A stretch of DNA of 16,110 nt from an uncultured Oligoflexus sp. (GCA_964236955.1 CAXSGP010000102.1:1-16110); one strand, 5' to 3'; shown: positions 1 through 9,386, counted from the stretch's first letter. The notes: generated by a model not told the origin, from the sequence alone. Numbers and translations: made by a program.

Positions 1-77
1 CTAAGGCAATGCAAAGGACATCAACTGCGTTACTGGGGATGTTCGACGTTGGCGGAGCCAAACGTCAGCAGCCCCTA
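1..77. mobile_element. Terminal fragment of an IS5-family-like element; terminal inverted repeat at 59-77, element body lies left of the window
   Basis: The reverse complement of 59-77 is TAGGGGCTGCTGACGTTTG, 18/19 identical to 16059-16077 TAGGGGCTGTTGACGTTTG. TA/TAG-bounded GGG-CTGTTGAC ends resemble IS5 (IS427-group) IRs from memory. No transposase is visible in the window. Confidence 0.55.
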
Positions 78-121
78 ATAAAATTTCCGGCTGGCAAGGC
101 GATTGCCAGTCGATCTTTTGT

Positions 122-2476
122 CTATCCAGCCTCATGCCGGTGCCGGTCGATTTCGATATCCATATATCTGACAAGTTCAAGCAGTTCCGTGCGGAGCAGT
201 TCAAATGAACTTTTAGCAAGAGAAAGATCCCGTTCGTAAGCTGCTTTTTCTAATGCTTCCGCACGCGGCGTCGCCAGGGTCGAGGTGAAGATACAGAGCG
301 TTCCACGGAGTGAGTGCGACAGGCTCAACAGATCGTCGAAGTTGGCATTTGCGATGGCTGTCTCGATTCTCTGCTCGATGAAAGTCCGTTGCTGTTGAAA
401 GACCCGAGACAGTTCATCAAATATCAAAGGATCGCCGTCGAACTCTGCAAATATCGGTTGATGAAGAAGCTGCCCCGAGCACGTTGCCGGGACGGGGGCG
501 GGGGAAATTATTGCCGCAGAGCGGGAATGGGCCTGACTCGCTTTCATGATGCATTCCAAAAGACATTCAACCCGCACGGGCTTAGTCAGGAAATCGTCCA
601 TGCCGACCGCCAGGCAGATCTCCTTATCTTCAAGCAGAGCGCTGGCGGTAACGGCGATAATATAGGGTTGCCTGCCGGGAGGGTTCAGCGCCCTGATCCT
701 CTTTGTTGCCACAAGGCCATCGACCTTGGGCATATGAATATCCATAAATACGATATCAAACGCCCTGGTTTGCAGCATTTGTAAAAGTTGCTCGCCATCT
801 TTGACCATCTCACAGTCAAAGTTCAACTTGCGCAGATAATTTTGCATCAATAATCCATTGATGACGTTATCTTCGGCAACAACGATAGAAAGATCTCTTG
901 AGATCGGAACAGGATCGGCCAGGGCGCTTCCCCAGGGGTCTCTCAGACACATTGGCGGATGAGTGCTAGCGAGGACGACAGCAAATGTTATTTTGGAGCC
1001 CTCACCTTCCCTGCTGCTAAGCTCGATTGCACCTCCCATCGCTTCACAGAGATTTTTGGCAATCGACAGCCCTAATCCACTGCCACCAAAACGTCTGGTC
1101 GTCGAAACGTCCGCTTGAGTAAAGTACTGGAAAACGTGTTCGATTTGCTTTGGGGACATGCCGATGCCTGTGTCGCTGACGCTAACCCTGATGCGAAAGG
1201 AACTATCATCAATGGCTTCGGCCGAACACATTAAGGTGATCTTGCCTACTTCCGTAAACTTCACAGCATTCGAAAGGAGATTGATTAGGATCTGATGCAG
1301 GCGGTGCCCATCGCCGATCAGAAACTGCGGCAGTTCATTGGCGATCTTGAAGTCCAGCTCGAGGTTTTTGCCCTGAGCCATGATTGAAGCGATGGAATAC
1401 GCATGACGTAGACAAGCGAGCAGATCAAAAGCTCTTTTCTCCAGCAGCATCTTGCCAGCTTCGATCTTGGAAATATCCAAAACATCATTCACTACCTGCA
1501 GAAGGCTTCTACTGCAGATCTCTATCGATTCCACGATAGGCAACTGCTCGTCCGTCAGCGCGGTTCCACGCAGGAGGTGACCCATACCTATCACTCCATT
1601 GAGCGGTGTGCGGATCTCGTGACTCATGTTGGCAAGAAAGTCAGACTTTAGACGTGAGGCTTCGATCGCCGCACCTTCCCTCACTCTAAATTCTTCCCGT
1701 TCAAAATGGGCTTTGCGCAATTCCGTGATATCGACGCCTAAACCCACGATACCCAGACGCTGCTTATTGTGGTCATAAAGCGTCGAATAGTAGACCTCAA
1801 AAAGTTGATCACCAATTTCGCGCAGGCAGGAAAACTCCTCGCCGTGACTGGCTCGCTGGTAGTTCGCCAACGCGATGTCGGTCTCATCAAAAAAATCGGC
1901 ATAGCTCCGCCCCTCAAGTTGACCGCGCTCTAGACCTAATTTATGCAGCAGGCGGCCTTCGACAAAATCACAAATGCCTTGATTGTTCACAGTCCACAGC
2001 ACAATGGGCAGGCGGTCGATCATGCAGCGCAACTTTTGGGCCGAGGTGGAGGCCTGGATCAAAGCGTGGGCCTTGTCCTGTATATCGCTTGCAGTCAAAA
2101 GCCAATGGGTGAGCTGCCCAGCTTCATCATGAAGCGGTATACAATAGCCGCTAAACCAACGATAGTCCGCAGTTGAACGGCGCATCCTGAATTCCCATTC
2201 ACCCTTCAAACCAAGTTGAAAGCAGTTGCGCCAGATCGAAAGAACCGGCTGAAGATCCTCGGGATGAATTCCATCGCGGCATGATTGTCTGATGGCATCG
2301 GCATTATCGGGATAGTTCATGGACAAGGAACAGCTTTGGTTCATGAAAACTGTTGACGCATCGGCCGCGAGTATCCAAACGCTATCCGGAAGGGCATCGA
2401 GTATTCTTTTAAAGCGTTTCAGATGATCTTTCAGCGTCTGATTGCAGTCTTGAAGCGCGAATGTTTGATCCTGCAA
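122..2476 (-). CDS. Hybrid (unorthodox) sensor histidine kinase/response regulator, PAS-PAS-HisKA-HATPase-REC-Hpt; true start probably ATT at 2578
   Basis: H-box FLANMSHEIRTPLNG, N-box QILINLLSNAVKFT, G1 DTGIGM, F-box VFQYFTQAD, G2 GGSGLGL. REC domain has VVAEDN, DIVFMDIHMP and FLTKP. Hpt has SHSLRGT. PAS/PAC motifs include GIHPED...EFRMRR..YRWF. The frame stays open upstream to 2590. Confidence 0.95.
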   Translation of the reverse strand: MQDQTFALQDCNQTLKDHLKRFKRILDALPDSVWILAADASTVFMNQSCSLSMNYPDNADAIRQSCRDGIHPEDLQPVLSIWRNCFQLGLKGEWEFRMRRSTADYRWFSGYCIPLHDEAGQLTHWLLTASDIQDKAHALIQASTSAQKLRCMIDRLPIVLWTVNNQGICDFVEGRLLHKLGLERGQLEGRSYADFFDETDIALANYQRASHGEEFSCLREIGDQLFEVYYSTLYDHNKQRLGIVGLGVDITELRKAHFEREEFRVREGAAIEASRLKSDFLANMSHEIRTPLNGVIGMGHLLRGTALTDEQLPIVESIEICSRSLLQVVNDVLDISKIEAGKMLLEKRAFDLLACLRHAYSIASIMAQGKNLELDFKIANELPQFLIGDGHRLHQILINLLSNAVKFTEVGKITLMCSAEAIDDSSFRIRVSVSDTGIGMSPKQIEHVFQYFTQADVSTTRRFGGSGLGLSIAKNLCEAMGGAIELSSREGEGSKITFAVVLASTHPPMCLRDPWGSALADPVPISRDLSIVVAEDNVINGLLMQNYLRKLNFDCEMVKDGEQLLQMLQTRAFDIVFMDIHMPKVDGLVATKRIRALNPPGRQPYIIAVTASALLEDKEICLAVGMDDFLTKPVRVECLLECIMKASQAHSRSAAIISPAPVPATCSGQLLHQPIFAEFDGDPLIFDELSRVFQQQRTFIEQRIETAIANANFDDLLSLSHSLRGTLCIFTSTLATPRAEALEKAAYERDLSLAKSSFELLRTELLELVRYMDIEIDRHRHEAG

Positions 2477-2797
2477 GATTTTCTGCAGTTGTTTAAGCTT
2501 TCGTCTCTCCAGCCAAAGGACATAGCCTAATATTCCAGCCAGGAGCAGTGCGAAGATCGATAAGGCCTGGTAAAAAATATGTGCCTCCGCTCAAGTGATG
2601 ACCTACCTCTTCCTGATAAGGGGGGACGGGTTCTCTGCGCTATCCTTCCCTACTCCCTACTCCCTCGGTCGCCAAGCGTAGTCTGGTCTATCGGGTCTGA
2701 TTTTGAAAGAACGGCATAAGCATCCAATAAAGCCTCAGGATTCCCTCAATCTTGGCATTTCCCTAAATACTACCTCAATGCCCGGAGCCTAACAATC

Positions 2798-2824
2798 TCA
2801 AGAATTTAGTTTTCGAACCGAATA
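2798..2824 (+). promoter_or_regulatory. Sigma-28 (FliA)-type promoter for the MCP-flagellin operon
   Basis: TCAA(2798-2801)-N15-ACCGAATA(2817-2824), compared with consensus TAAA-N15-GCCGATAA. It ends 38 nt before the ATG, and RBS AGGAG is at 2851-2855. Confidence 0.6.
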
Positions 2825-2862
2825 GAAATGCAAGGCCTTCTTTTAAAGCAAGGAGTTTCGTT

Positions 2863-4773
2863 ATGTCGCGACAAAAATATATTGCCGGCTTAATGTGGAT
2901 ATTGGCTGCCGTATCGTTTGCCTGGTGCCTGTCCCTCAATCTCGACAGCAGCTATGAACGCAGCAACGAATTGAACCGAGTCAACCAGACTTTGCTCCAG
3001 CTGTCGAAAAATTTGGGCGGCGTCTCCGAAAGTGACAAGCTGATCGGACAGACGGCAAGGAATCTACAGGAAGTCTCGGAAGGCGCAGTCCTTCTGGAGG
3101 AACGGGGCCTGCATATCGCCTCGCTGCTGATGCTGGTGACTCTAGGATTTGCCTCCCTCAACCTGGTTCTTCGAACGGCCCAGCCCAGCGCCTCTGAATT
3201 TGCCAGAAACGCGACCAGGGATGGCTCATCAAGCAGCCCGAATATCGAATCCTTTCGCCAGACTCTGTCTGAGACCATCGAAGAATTGGCGGGAATTAAA
3301 GCTCAGCTTCAATTCACGAAGACCCGGGAACCGAAGGAGGGCTCAAGCCTTCAGGCAGCCATCGAAAATCAATCTAACGATATTGTGGCGCTGGAGGGGC
3401 AACTGGTATTTATCCAAAAACAAGCGGAACAACTCTCGTCACAAAATGCAAAAGCCCTGGAAAATCTCCGTCGCCTTTCGGGCCAGGCTGATGATAATTC
3501 AAATTTCTCGGCCGCAGTACGGCTCGAATGGAATGGACTGGCCATCAAACTCCAGCAATTCAAAGAAAGCCAGGACCGGGTTCGTGTGCAGGTCGATATG
3601 TTGGGCAAGATGCAGAAGTCCTGTCAGGAGCTGCTGATCAAATCGCTGGAATTCTCCACCACTCATGCTCATCATTCGGAACGCGGCAAGGCGGACTCGA
3701 CACGAATGTACGAAGAGAGCAAGGGCATAACCGAGATTTTCTCAAAGCTGATGCAGGCTATGGCTGTCTCTCATGACGACGTTGATCTCGCCAATAAGCT
3801 CGTCAAAGGCCTCTCGGAGCGTGCCGAGGAGATTGTAAATATTATCGATGTGATCGATGACATCGCCGAACAAACCAATCAATTGGCGTTGAATGCCTCG
3901 ATTGAAGCGGCGAGGGCCGGCGAGCAGGGCAAAGGTTTCGCCGTGGTCGCCGCCGAGGTCCGTCTCCTGGCAGCGCGCTCCTCAACGGCCACACGTTCCA
4001 TCACGGAACTCCTGGAAACGATCCAGACCGAAGCCAATCGAGCCTCAGACTGCCTGGAAAAGACTAACCATTCCGTCGGTACCGCCCACGGCCGTATCGT
4101 TGAGGTTGACCATCGCTGCCGGGAAACAATGAATTTGTCGCGCCAGGTCGCCAGCGATCTTTCTGATCTCAGCCGTATCACCAAGCAGCATAGCCAGGAC
4201 ATTCAAAGCATAGAAAAACAAAGTTTGGAAGTCACGAGAATGACTAGTAAAATAACCAGGGAACTCAACGAAGTCGACCAGATCAATTCCACGGTTCACA
4301 GCGAAAGCAATCATCTTGCGGTCCATACCGATAGACTTTCACGCTTGATGAATAGGCAGTACTTCGCCATTCAGCATTCGGAACGTCTGGTTGAAGGCCA
4401 GACTGAAGGCCTCAGTCGTTTGCTCAGTCACGGTATGACGGTACTTGAGAAGACCCGAAGCCTTAGAAGCGATTGGGAAGCCCAATATCGGGGCCTTCTG
4501 ACCATCGCTCCCATACTGCCGAAGTCTAAGGGAAATGGGGAGCAGACTTTATTCCATCGTGTGGAATTCTGTCAGACCAATCTCGATATTATCCGGGGAC
4601 GCACCCGCACTCTGAAGATAGCCAAGGATCATGACAGCAAGATTTCCTTCGACCCTGATGTCGGTAATGACGAGGACGATGATAGGGATTTTAAAGGTGC
4701 AGATGCCAATGCAGGCGCCTTGCACAGCGGCGACGATATTGCGATCGATAGTAAGCTCGATAAGGCGGGCTGA
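2863..4773 (+). CDS. Methyl-accepting chemotaxis protein (two TM helices, short periplasmic domain, long coiled-coil signalling domain, acidic tail)
   Basis: Signalling hairpin [43 protein letters not shown]. Hydrophobic segments at about aa 7-25 and 82-103. AGGAG RBS. Confidence 0.93.
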   Translation: MSRQKYIAGLMWILAAVSFAWCLSLNLDSSYERSNELNRVNQTLLQLSKNLGGVSESDKLIGQTARNLQEVSEGAVLLEERGLHIASLLMLVTLGFASLNLVLRTAQPSASEFARNATRDGSSSSPNIESFRQTLSETIEELAGIKAQLQFTKTREPKEGSSLQAAIENQSNDIVALEGQLVFIQKQAEQLSSQNAKALENLRRLSGQADDNSNFSAAVRLEWNGLAIKLQQFKESQDRVRVQVDMLGKMQKSCQELLIKSLEFSTTHAHHSERGKADSTRMYEESKGITEIFSKLMQAMAVSHDDVDLANKLVKGLSERAEEIVNIIDVIDDIAEQTNQLALNASIEAARAGEQGKGFAVVAAEVRLLAARSSTATRSITELLETIQTEANRASDCLEKTNHSVGTAHGRIVEVDHRCRETMNLSRQVASDLSDLSRITKQHSQDIQSIEKQSLEVTRMTSKITRELNEVDQINSTVHSESNHLAVHTDRLSRLMNRQYFAIQHSERLVEGQTEGLSRLLSHGMTVLEKTRSLRSDWEAQYRGLLTIAPILPKSKGNGEQTLFHRVEFCQTNLDIIRGRTRTLKIAKDHDSKISFDPDVGNDEDDDRDFKGADANAGALHSGDDIAIDSKLDKAG

Positions 4774-4778
4774 AAGCT

Positions 4779-5690
4779 GTGATACGGGACGACCACAATC
4801 TTTCGGCCAGGCTTCTCAATGACCTTGAGAGGCAGAACCGCGCGCATCCGGAGAGTCTTGCCAGGTTAAGTTCGGGGCTGGTTGTTACCGGCCTGGATCC
4901 GCGCCCGGCTGATCGGTCCCTTGCCGAAGGGCTGGAATTTAAGCTCAGGAGTTTGAGTGCCGCCAAACAAAACATCAATGATGGCGTCTCGCTCCTGCAA
5001 ACGGCGGAAAGAGGCTTCCATGAGATCAGCGCCATGATAGACCGCATGCAAGAGATCAACATTGCCGGCACCTCCGCCACGATTTCGGACCACGAACGCC
5101 GTTTTCTTTTCATCGAATATCAAGCCCTGCACCAAGAGATCGATCGCATCGCAGCAACCACAGAAAGCAATGGAATTCCCCTGTTCGAAGGGCAGAATGA
5201 AAGGACTCCTGAGCGCATGATCCTTAGGATCGGCGATCCGACTGCCACTCGGGATGGCGGGTCTATCAACGAGATTAGTTTTGATAATCTAACAAAGGTC
5301 ATGGCTTCCGCCCTGAGCCTCGGACTAAAGCCGGTAGCAGGCCTTTTAGATGAGGACCGAGACCTAACGGTCGCAGACGCCAACGACCTTATGGCGCCTG
5401 ATACCAGTCGCTTTTCCAGCAGTTATGATCAGGCTTTGGATAAAATTGCCAGCTTTCGGGCTGAATATGGGGCTATTCAAACGCGACTCGAGCGAGCGCG
5501 CGCCTTTAACGATGTTTCATTTGAAAACATCGCAGCGGCAAAATCCAAAATCTCGGATACCGACTATGCCTCTGAAGTCTCAAGACTCACCCAAAACAAG
5601 ATCTTGATGCAAACCACGACCGCACTTTTGACTCAGAACGACCTTGCCGCCCGGCTCGGTGTGAGTCGGGTCAACAGCCTGCTTTCCTAG
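4779..5690 (+). CDS. fliC: Flagellin / flagellin-like protein (divergent, 303 aa, GTG start)
   Basis: N-terminal D0/D1 motifs RLSSGL, AKQNINDGVSLLQTAE, RMQE, EYQALHQEIDRIAATT. C-terminal motifs RAEYGAIQTRLE, ENIAAAKSKISDTDYASEVSRLTQNKILMQ. Starts 5 nt after the MCP stop. Confidence 0.88.
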   Translation: MIRDDHNLSARLLNDLERQNRAHPESLARLSSGLVVTGLDPRPADRSLAEGLEFKLRSLSAAKQNINDGVSLLQTAERGFHEISAMIDRMQEINIAGTSATISDHERRFLFIEYQALHQEIDRIAATTESNGIPLFEGQNERTPERMILRIGDPTATRDGGSINEISFDNLTKVMASALSLGLKPVAGLLDEDRDLTVADANDLMAPDTSRFSSSYDQALDKIASFRAEYGAIQTRLERARAFNDVSFENIAAAKSKISDTDYASEVSRLTQNKILMQTTTALLTQNDLAARLGVSRVNSLLS

Positions 5691-5911
5691 CCAGGGATTG
5701 GTCTGGCCAAAGCCTTTTGCAGGCACCTGGCAACGCCCTATTCAAGCTTTTATAAAACCCAAAACTTTCGCATCATTCACAAAGGTCAAGGCCCTTTGCC
5801 CCGATACAGCTTCGGAGCAGTGGCTGAGGATGGACTGGGAGGCGGGCATTTTTTCGTGTATGTTTGAGTCTTGAGCGGCCGGGACGATCGAATCGGAAGG
5901 GGGTAGAGACC

Positions 5912-6994
5912 ATGAGTGAATCCATAAATGAAACACGCTATCGACTTGATGAGTTGATCAGTACTGAAGTGTTGATTCACGAGCCTCACAGCTTGGTTCA
6001 AATCATCTGCGATATCGACAAAACCTATATTGAGACTCGTTTTGAAACGCCGATGGCCATGCTTAAAATCGCTTTTGAGAATGCCGAAGAAAAACAAACG
6101 GTCACCGGCGCACCGATCGCTCTTTTAGCGGGACGTTGGGGCAATTTTTACGGTGATCAATCGCTGCGCCATCCCAATTCGATCCATTTTGTGTCCGCCT
6201 CACCACCCCAACTGCGAAAGGTCATTCGCTCCAGGCTCGCGATCGACGGCCTCGATTGGACGAGCGATACCTTTAAAAACCAGGCCTATAACATCAAGAC
6301 CCGGAAGCTTCGCTTTCTGAAACAACATGCTGCCTATAAAACTGCGACGATACTCAAGCAGATGAGCCAGGCCCCCGAGGATGCACGCTTTATTTTGATC
6401 GGTGACAACGCCGAACTCGACGCCTTTATCTATCTGGGTGTCAAGCTCTTTGTGGAAGGCTACCTCTCGCGGCCTGCCTATCGGGAATATTTGAGCTTTG
6501 GCGGTGTCAACGATGAAGTCCTGCCAACCCTTGAACCCTATCTTCAGCTGCCGCGGGAAAACGTGACCGTGGCGGGCATTCTGATTCGCAAAGCCCCTCG
6601 TTACAACTTGGTGGAGGCTCCGCCGCTGACCGAATTATGCATGCCCTTCGACCATTTTTTTGAGGTCGTATTGCATTTTCATGCCTGGAATATGGTGGAA
6701 CCCGGCATGATTTGGCCCATCAGCCGTCAATTGCACAATGAATATGGATATTCCCGCGAGGATATCGCTTCGGCACTCGAACGTTGTCGGGATTGCTTTG
6801 AAACCACGGGTCGAAGCACGACGCATCTCGATGAAGCGATCGTGAAGCTGACTGCGGATGTGCCACTGGGCAAACTCAAGGACATGAAAACCTTTTGCCC
6901 GGGAATCGCCCCACCGAAGCTGATCCTGAATGAAGCGGACATCCTTTCGGCTTCCAAAAAGTGGGTGGAAGCGATCGCCAATCGGAAGCACTGA
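5912..6994 (+). CDS. App1/DUF2183-like HAD-superfamily (phosphatidate) phosphatase domain protein
   Basis: HAD motif I IICDIDKTY (DxDxT), motif II FVSASP, conserved K, and motif IV FILIGDNAELDAFIY typical of App1-like proteins. ATG 5912 follows a purine-rich GGAAGGGGGTAGAG and is preferred over the start at 5864. Confidence 0.7.
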   Translation: MSESINETRYRLDELISTEVLIHEPHSLVQIICDIDKTYIETRFETPMAMLKIAFENAEEKQTVTGAPIALLAGRWGNFYGDQSLRHPNSIHFVSASPPQLRKVIRSRLAIDGLDWTSDTFKNQAYNIKTRKLRFLKQHAAYKTATILKQMSQAPEDARFILIGDNAELDAFIYLGVKLFVEGYLSRPAYREYLSFGGVNDEVLPTLEPYLQLPRENVTVAGILIRKAPRYNLVEAPPLTELCMPFDHFFEVVLHFHAWNMVEPGMIWPISRQLHNEYGYSREDIASALERCRDCFETTGRSTTHLDEAIVKLTADVPLGKLKDMKTFCPGIAPPKLILNEADILSASKKWVEAIANRKH

Positions 6995-7017
6995 TACCCG
7001 GGACGATAAGTTTGGCA

Positions 7018-7049
7018 AGAAGCCGTCCTGCCTGGTGAAGACGGCTTCT
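7018..7049. terminator. Hairpin between convergent genes, probable bidirectional terminator
   Basis: Perfect 10-bp stem AGAAGCCGTC / GACGGCTTCT with a 12-nt loop. U-tracts are weak. Confidence 0.55.
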
Positions 7050-7109
7050 CAGAAACGGCCCTCGACCGGCATCTCTCGTATCGAGCCAAGCCGGGGCGCA
7101 TAATCTTCT

Positions 7110-7583
7110 TTATTTGACGCCGAGCAGTTCGACATCGAAGAGGAGCGTGGCATTGGGAGGAATGACGCCACCTGCTCCGCTCTCACCGTAGCCAAGTTGA
7201 GGAGGAATCGTCAGCTTGCGACGGCCGCCGACTTTCATGCCTTTGATGCCTTGTTCCCAGCCTGGAATAACCATGCCGGCACCCAATCTAAAGGTGAAGG
7301 GCTCAGAGCGATCACGGGAGCTATCAAATTTTTTGCCATCGGTCAGGGTGCCTGTGTAATGGACCGTAACCTCTTTGCCTTCAACCGCTTCATCCCCTGT
7401 TCCTGGGGTCACTTCCTCAATTTTCAATTCGGTCGCATTCTCAGCTGGTTTCGCCGCTTCTGGACCCGGAGCCGCCGAGGTCGTAGGGGCTGTGCCATCT
7501 GTTTTAGGTTTTTCACTGCATTTACAGCCTTGAAACAGGCCGATACAAACGAGGCTCGAAATCGCGAGGTTTTTAATACGCAT
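7110..7583 (-). CDS. FKBP-type peptidyl-prolyl cis-trans isomerase, predicted lipoprotein
   Basis: [47 protein letters not shown] and [17 protein letters not shown] 7583 has a GGGAGA RBS. Signal peptide ends in lipobox LFQG-C, followed by a Pro/Ala/Thr linker. Confidence 0.95.
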   Translation of the reverse strand: MRIKNLAISSLVCIGLFQGCKCSEKPKTDGTAPTTSAAPGPEAAKPAENATELKIEEVTPGTGDEAVEGKEVTVHYTGTLTDGKKFDSSRDRSEPFTFRLGAGMVIPGWEQGIKGMKVGGRRKLTIPPQLGYGESGAGGVIPPNATLLFDVELLGVK

Positions 7584-7618
7584 ACGGTCTCCCAAAGAAA
7601 GCACTGAATATTCTGATT

Positions 7619-7647
7619 GTTATACCTTGTTTACGAGCTTTTGCCAG
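7619..7647 (-). promoter_or_regulatory. Possible sigma-70 promoter for the FKBP gene
   Basis: Minus strand CTGGCA-N17-TATAAC. Confidence 0.35.
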
Positions 7648-7675
7648 CCCCAGAAAAACAACATGCCCGCTTGCC

Positions 7676-9277
7676 TTACCAAATAACCGTGTCGATTGGA
7701 TCCGGCATAACCCGCGTCATGGGATAATCAATATTGAAATGAATGCCTCTGGACTCCTTGCGCTTCAAGGCACAGCGTATCGTCAGGAAGGCGACATCGG
7801 CCAGATTGCGAACCTCAAGGAGCGACGTATCAATGGGATTTTCCCAATAGAAGTTATCAAGCTCCTTTCGGATCGCAACGATTTTATCGTAGGCCCTTTC
7901 CAGACGTTTATTGGAGCGAACGATCCCCACGTAATTCCACATCACCCGCCGGATCTCGTCCCAGGTGTGAGTCAAGACGATGAGCTCATCGGGTTCTATC
8001 GTCCCCGTCTCACGCCAGGGCGCTTCCGGTAGTTCGGGAGAATCCTCAAGTCCATTCTCGGCAATGAATGTGGCAACACGATCGGCAAAGACCAGAGCTT
8101 CGAGCAGACTGTTGGAGGCCAGGCGATTCGCACCATGGAGTCCGGTACAGGCCACTTCGCCGATCGCAAAAAGATTGGTGATAGTGGTTCGGCCCTGGCT
8201 GTCCGTCACCAGGCCTCCGCAGCTAAAGTGGGCGGCAGGCACGACTGGAATCATATCCGTGCTCATGTCGATCCCCTGCGAAAGACAGACCCGGTAAATA
8301 TTGGGAAAACGATCCTTGATCTTTTCGATGCCTAGGCCCCGGGCATCGAGGTAAACATAGGGGACCTTGGTTTTTTTGATCTCGGTATCAATCGCCCGCG
8401 CGACGATGTCCCTTGGCGCGAGTGAGGAGAGGGGATGATAGTTTTGCATGAAGGGGACGCCATCGGCGGTTTTGAGGACAGCGCCCTCGCCCCGCACGGC
8501 TTCCGAGATCAGGAAGGTTTTTTCTTTTTGACTGTAGAGGCAGGTGGGATGGAACTGCATGAATTCTAGGTTCGCCACCCGGCATCCAGCCCGCCACCCC
8601 ATGGCCAAACCATCTCCCGTCGCCACGTCAGGGTTTGAGGTGTAAAGGTAAACCTTGCCATGGCCCCCGGCACAGAGATGAGTGGCCTTGCTGCGAATTT
8701 CAAAAATTTGGCCCGTTTCCCTTTGAAAAACATAGCCGCCAAGACAAAAGTTTTTTTCAAAGATTGGCCGCACCTTGTCGCTGGTGATCAGATCGATCGC
8801 AAACATATTTTCATAAATAGTGATATTGGGATTATTCCGTATAGCCAGAACTAAGGCCCGAACCACCTCCGCTCCGGTGAGATCATTGGCATGAATGATT
8901 CGCCGTTCGGAATGCCCACCCTCAAGAGTGAGATGATAGGGCTGACTTGCGTTGCCGCCCTTGCCTCGGGTGAAATCCACGCCAAGGGCAATGAGTTCCT
9001 TGATGGCAGCCGGCCCCGCTTCAACCACAGCCCGGACAATTTCACGATGGCAAAGGCCTGCTCCCGCTTCGAGCGTATCCTCGATATGTTTGGCAAAGGA
9101 GTCTTCCGGAGAAAGAACAGAGGCAATGCCACCTTGCGCATAGCTCGAATTGTTCTCGCTCAAACTTTCCTTGGCAATAATGACGACCTTTTGCGCCTGA
9201 CCAAGTTTATGGGCGAGCATTAATCCAGCGATTCCAGAACCGACAATTAAATGGTCGGTATGGATAGTTAAAGCCAT
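7676..9277 (-). CDS. nadB: L-aspartate oxidase (de novo NAD biosynthesis)
   Basis: FAD-binding IVGSGIAGL, SSYAQGGIA, LEGGHSERRIIHA, EFMQFHPT, FLISEAVRGEG, LAPRDIVARAI, GLHGANRLASNSLLE, RKESRGIHF. GAGGTG RBS. Confidence 0.96.
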   Translation of the reverse strand: MALTIHTDHLIVGSGIAGLMLAHKLGQAQKVVIIAKESLSENNSSYAQGGIASVLSPEDSFAKHIEDTLEAGAGLCHREIVRAVVEAGPAAIKELIALGVDFTRGKGGNASQPYHLTLEGGHSERRIIHANDLTGAEVVRALVLAIRNNPNITIYENMFAIDLITSDKVRPIFEKNFCLGGYVFQRETGQIFEIRSKATHLCAGGHGKVYLYTSNPDVATGDGLAMGWRAGCRVANLEFMQFHPTCLYSQKEKTFLISEAVRGEGAVLKTADGVPFMQNYHPLSSLAPRDIVARAIDTEIKKTKVPYVYLDARGLGIEKIKDRFPNIYRVCLSQGIDMSTDMIPVVPAAHFSCGGLVTDSQGRTTITNLFAIGEVACTGLHGANRLASNSLLEALVFADRVATFIAENGLEDSPELPEAPWRETGTIEPDELIVLTHTWDEIRRVMWNYVGIVRSNKRLERAYDKIVAIRKELDNFYWENPIDTSLLEVRNLADVAFLTIRCALKRKESRGIHFNIDYPMTRVMPDPIDTVIW

Positions 9278-9359
9278 CTCTGCACCTCAGACAGATTTGT
9301 ATACTCCAGGACTTAAGCCTTCTGGCAGCAATTATCATGGTAACCCTGAGCTGTCTTCA

Positions 9360-9386
9360 GTTATATTAGGTGAATGACAATATAAC
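9360..9386. promoter_or_regulatory. Palindromic operator candidate (NrtR-like) in the nadB/pgsA divergent intergenic region
   Basis: GTTATATT-N11-AATATAAC perfect 8-bp inverted repeat. The minus strand reads TATATTGTCATTCACCTAATATA. Confidence 0.4.

Noticed and set aside
1..239. Short ORFs 1..219(-) and 9..239(+)
   Set aside because: They overlap the kinase 3' end and the IS-like end, and have no recognisable motifs.
2688..2706. Sigma-28 -10-like CCCGATAG upstream of the kinase (minus strand), and CCCGATAC near 5800 upstream of the App1-like gene
   Set aside because: Neither has a TCAA/TAAA -35 box at 15-nt spacing.
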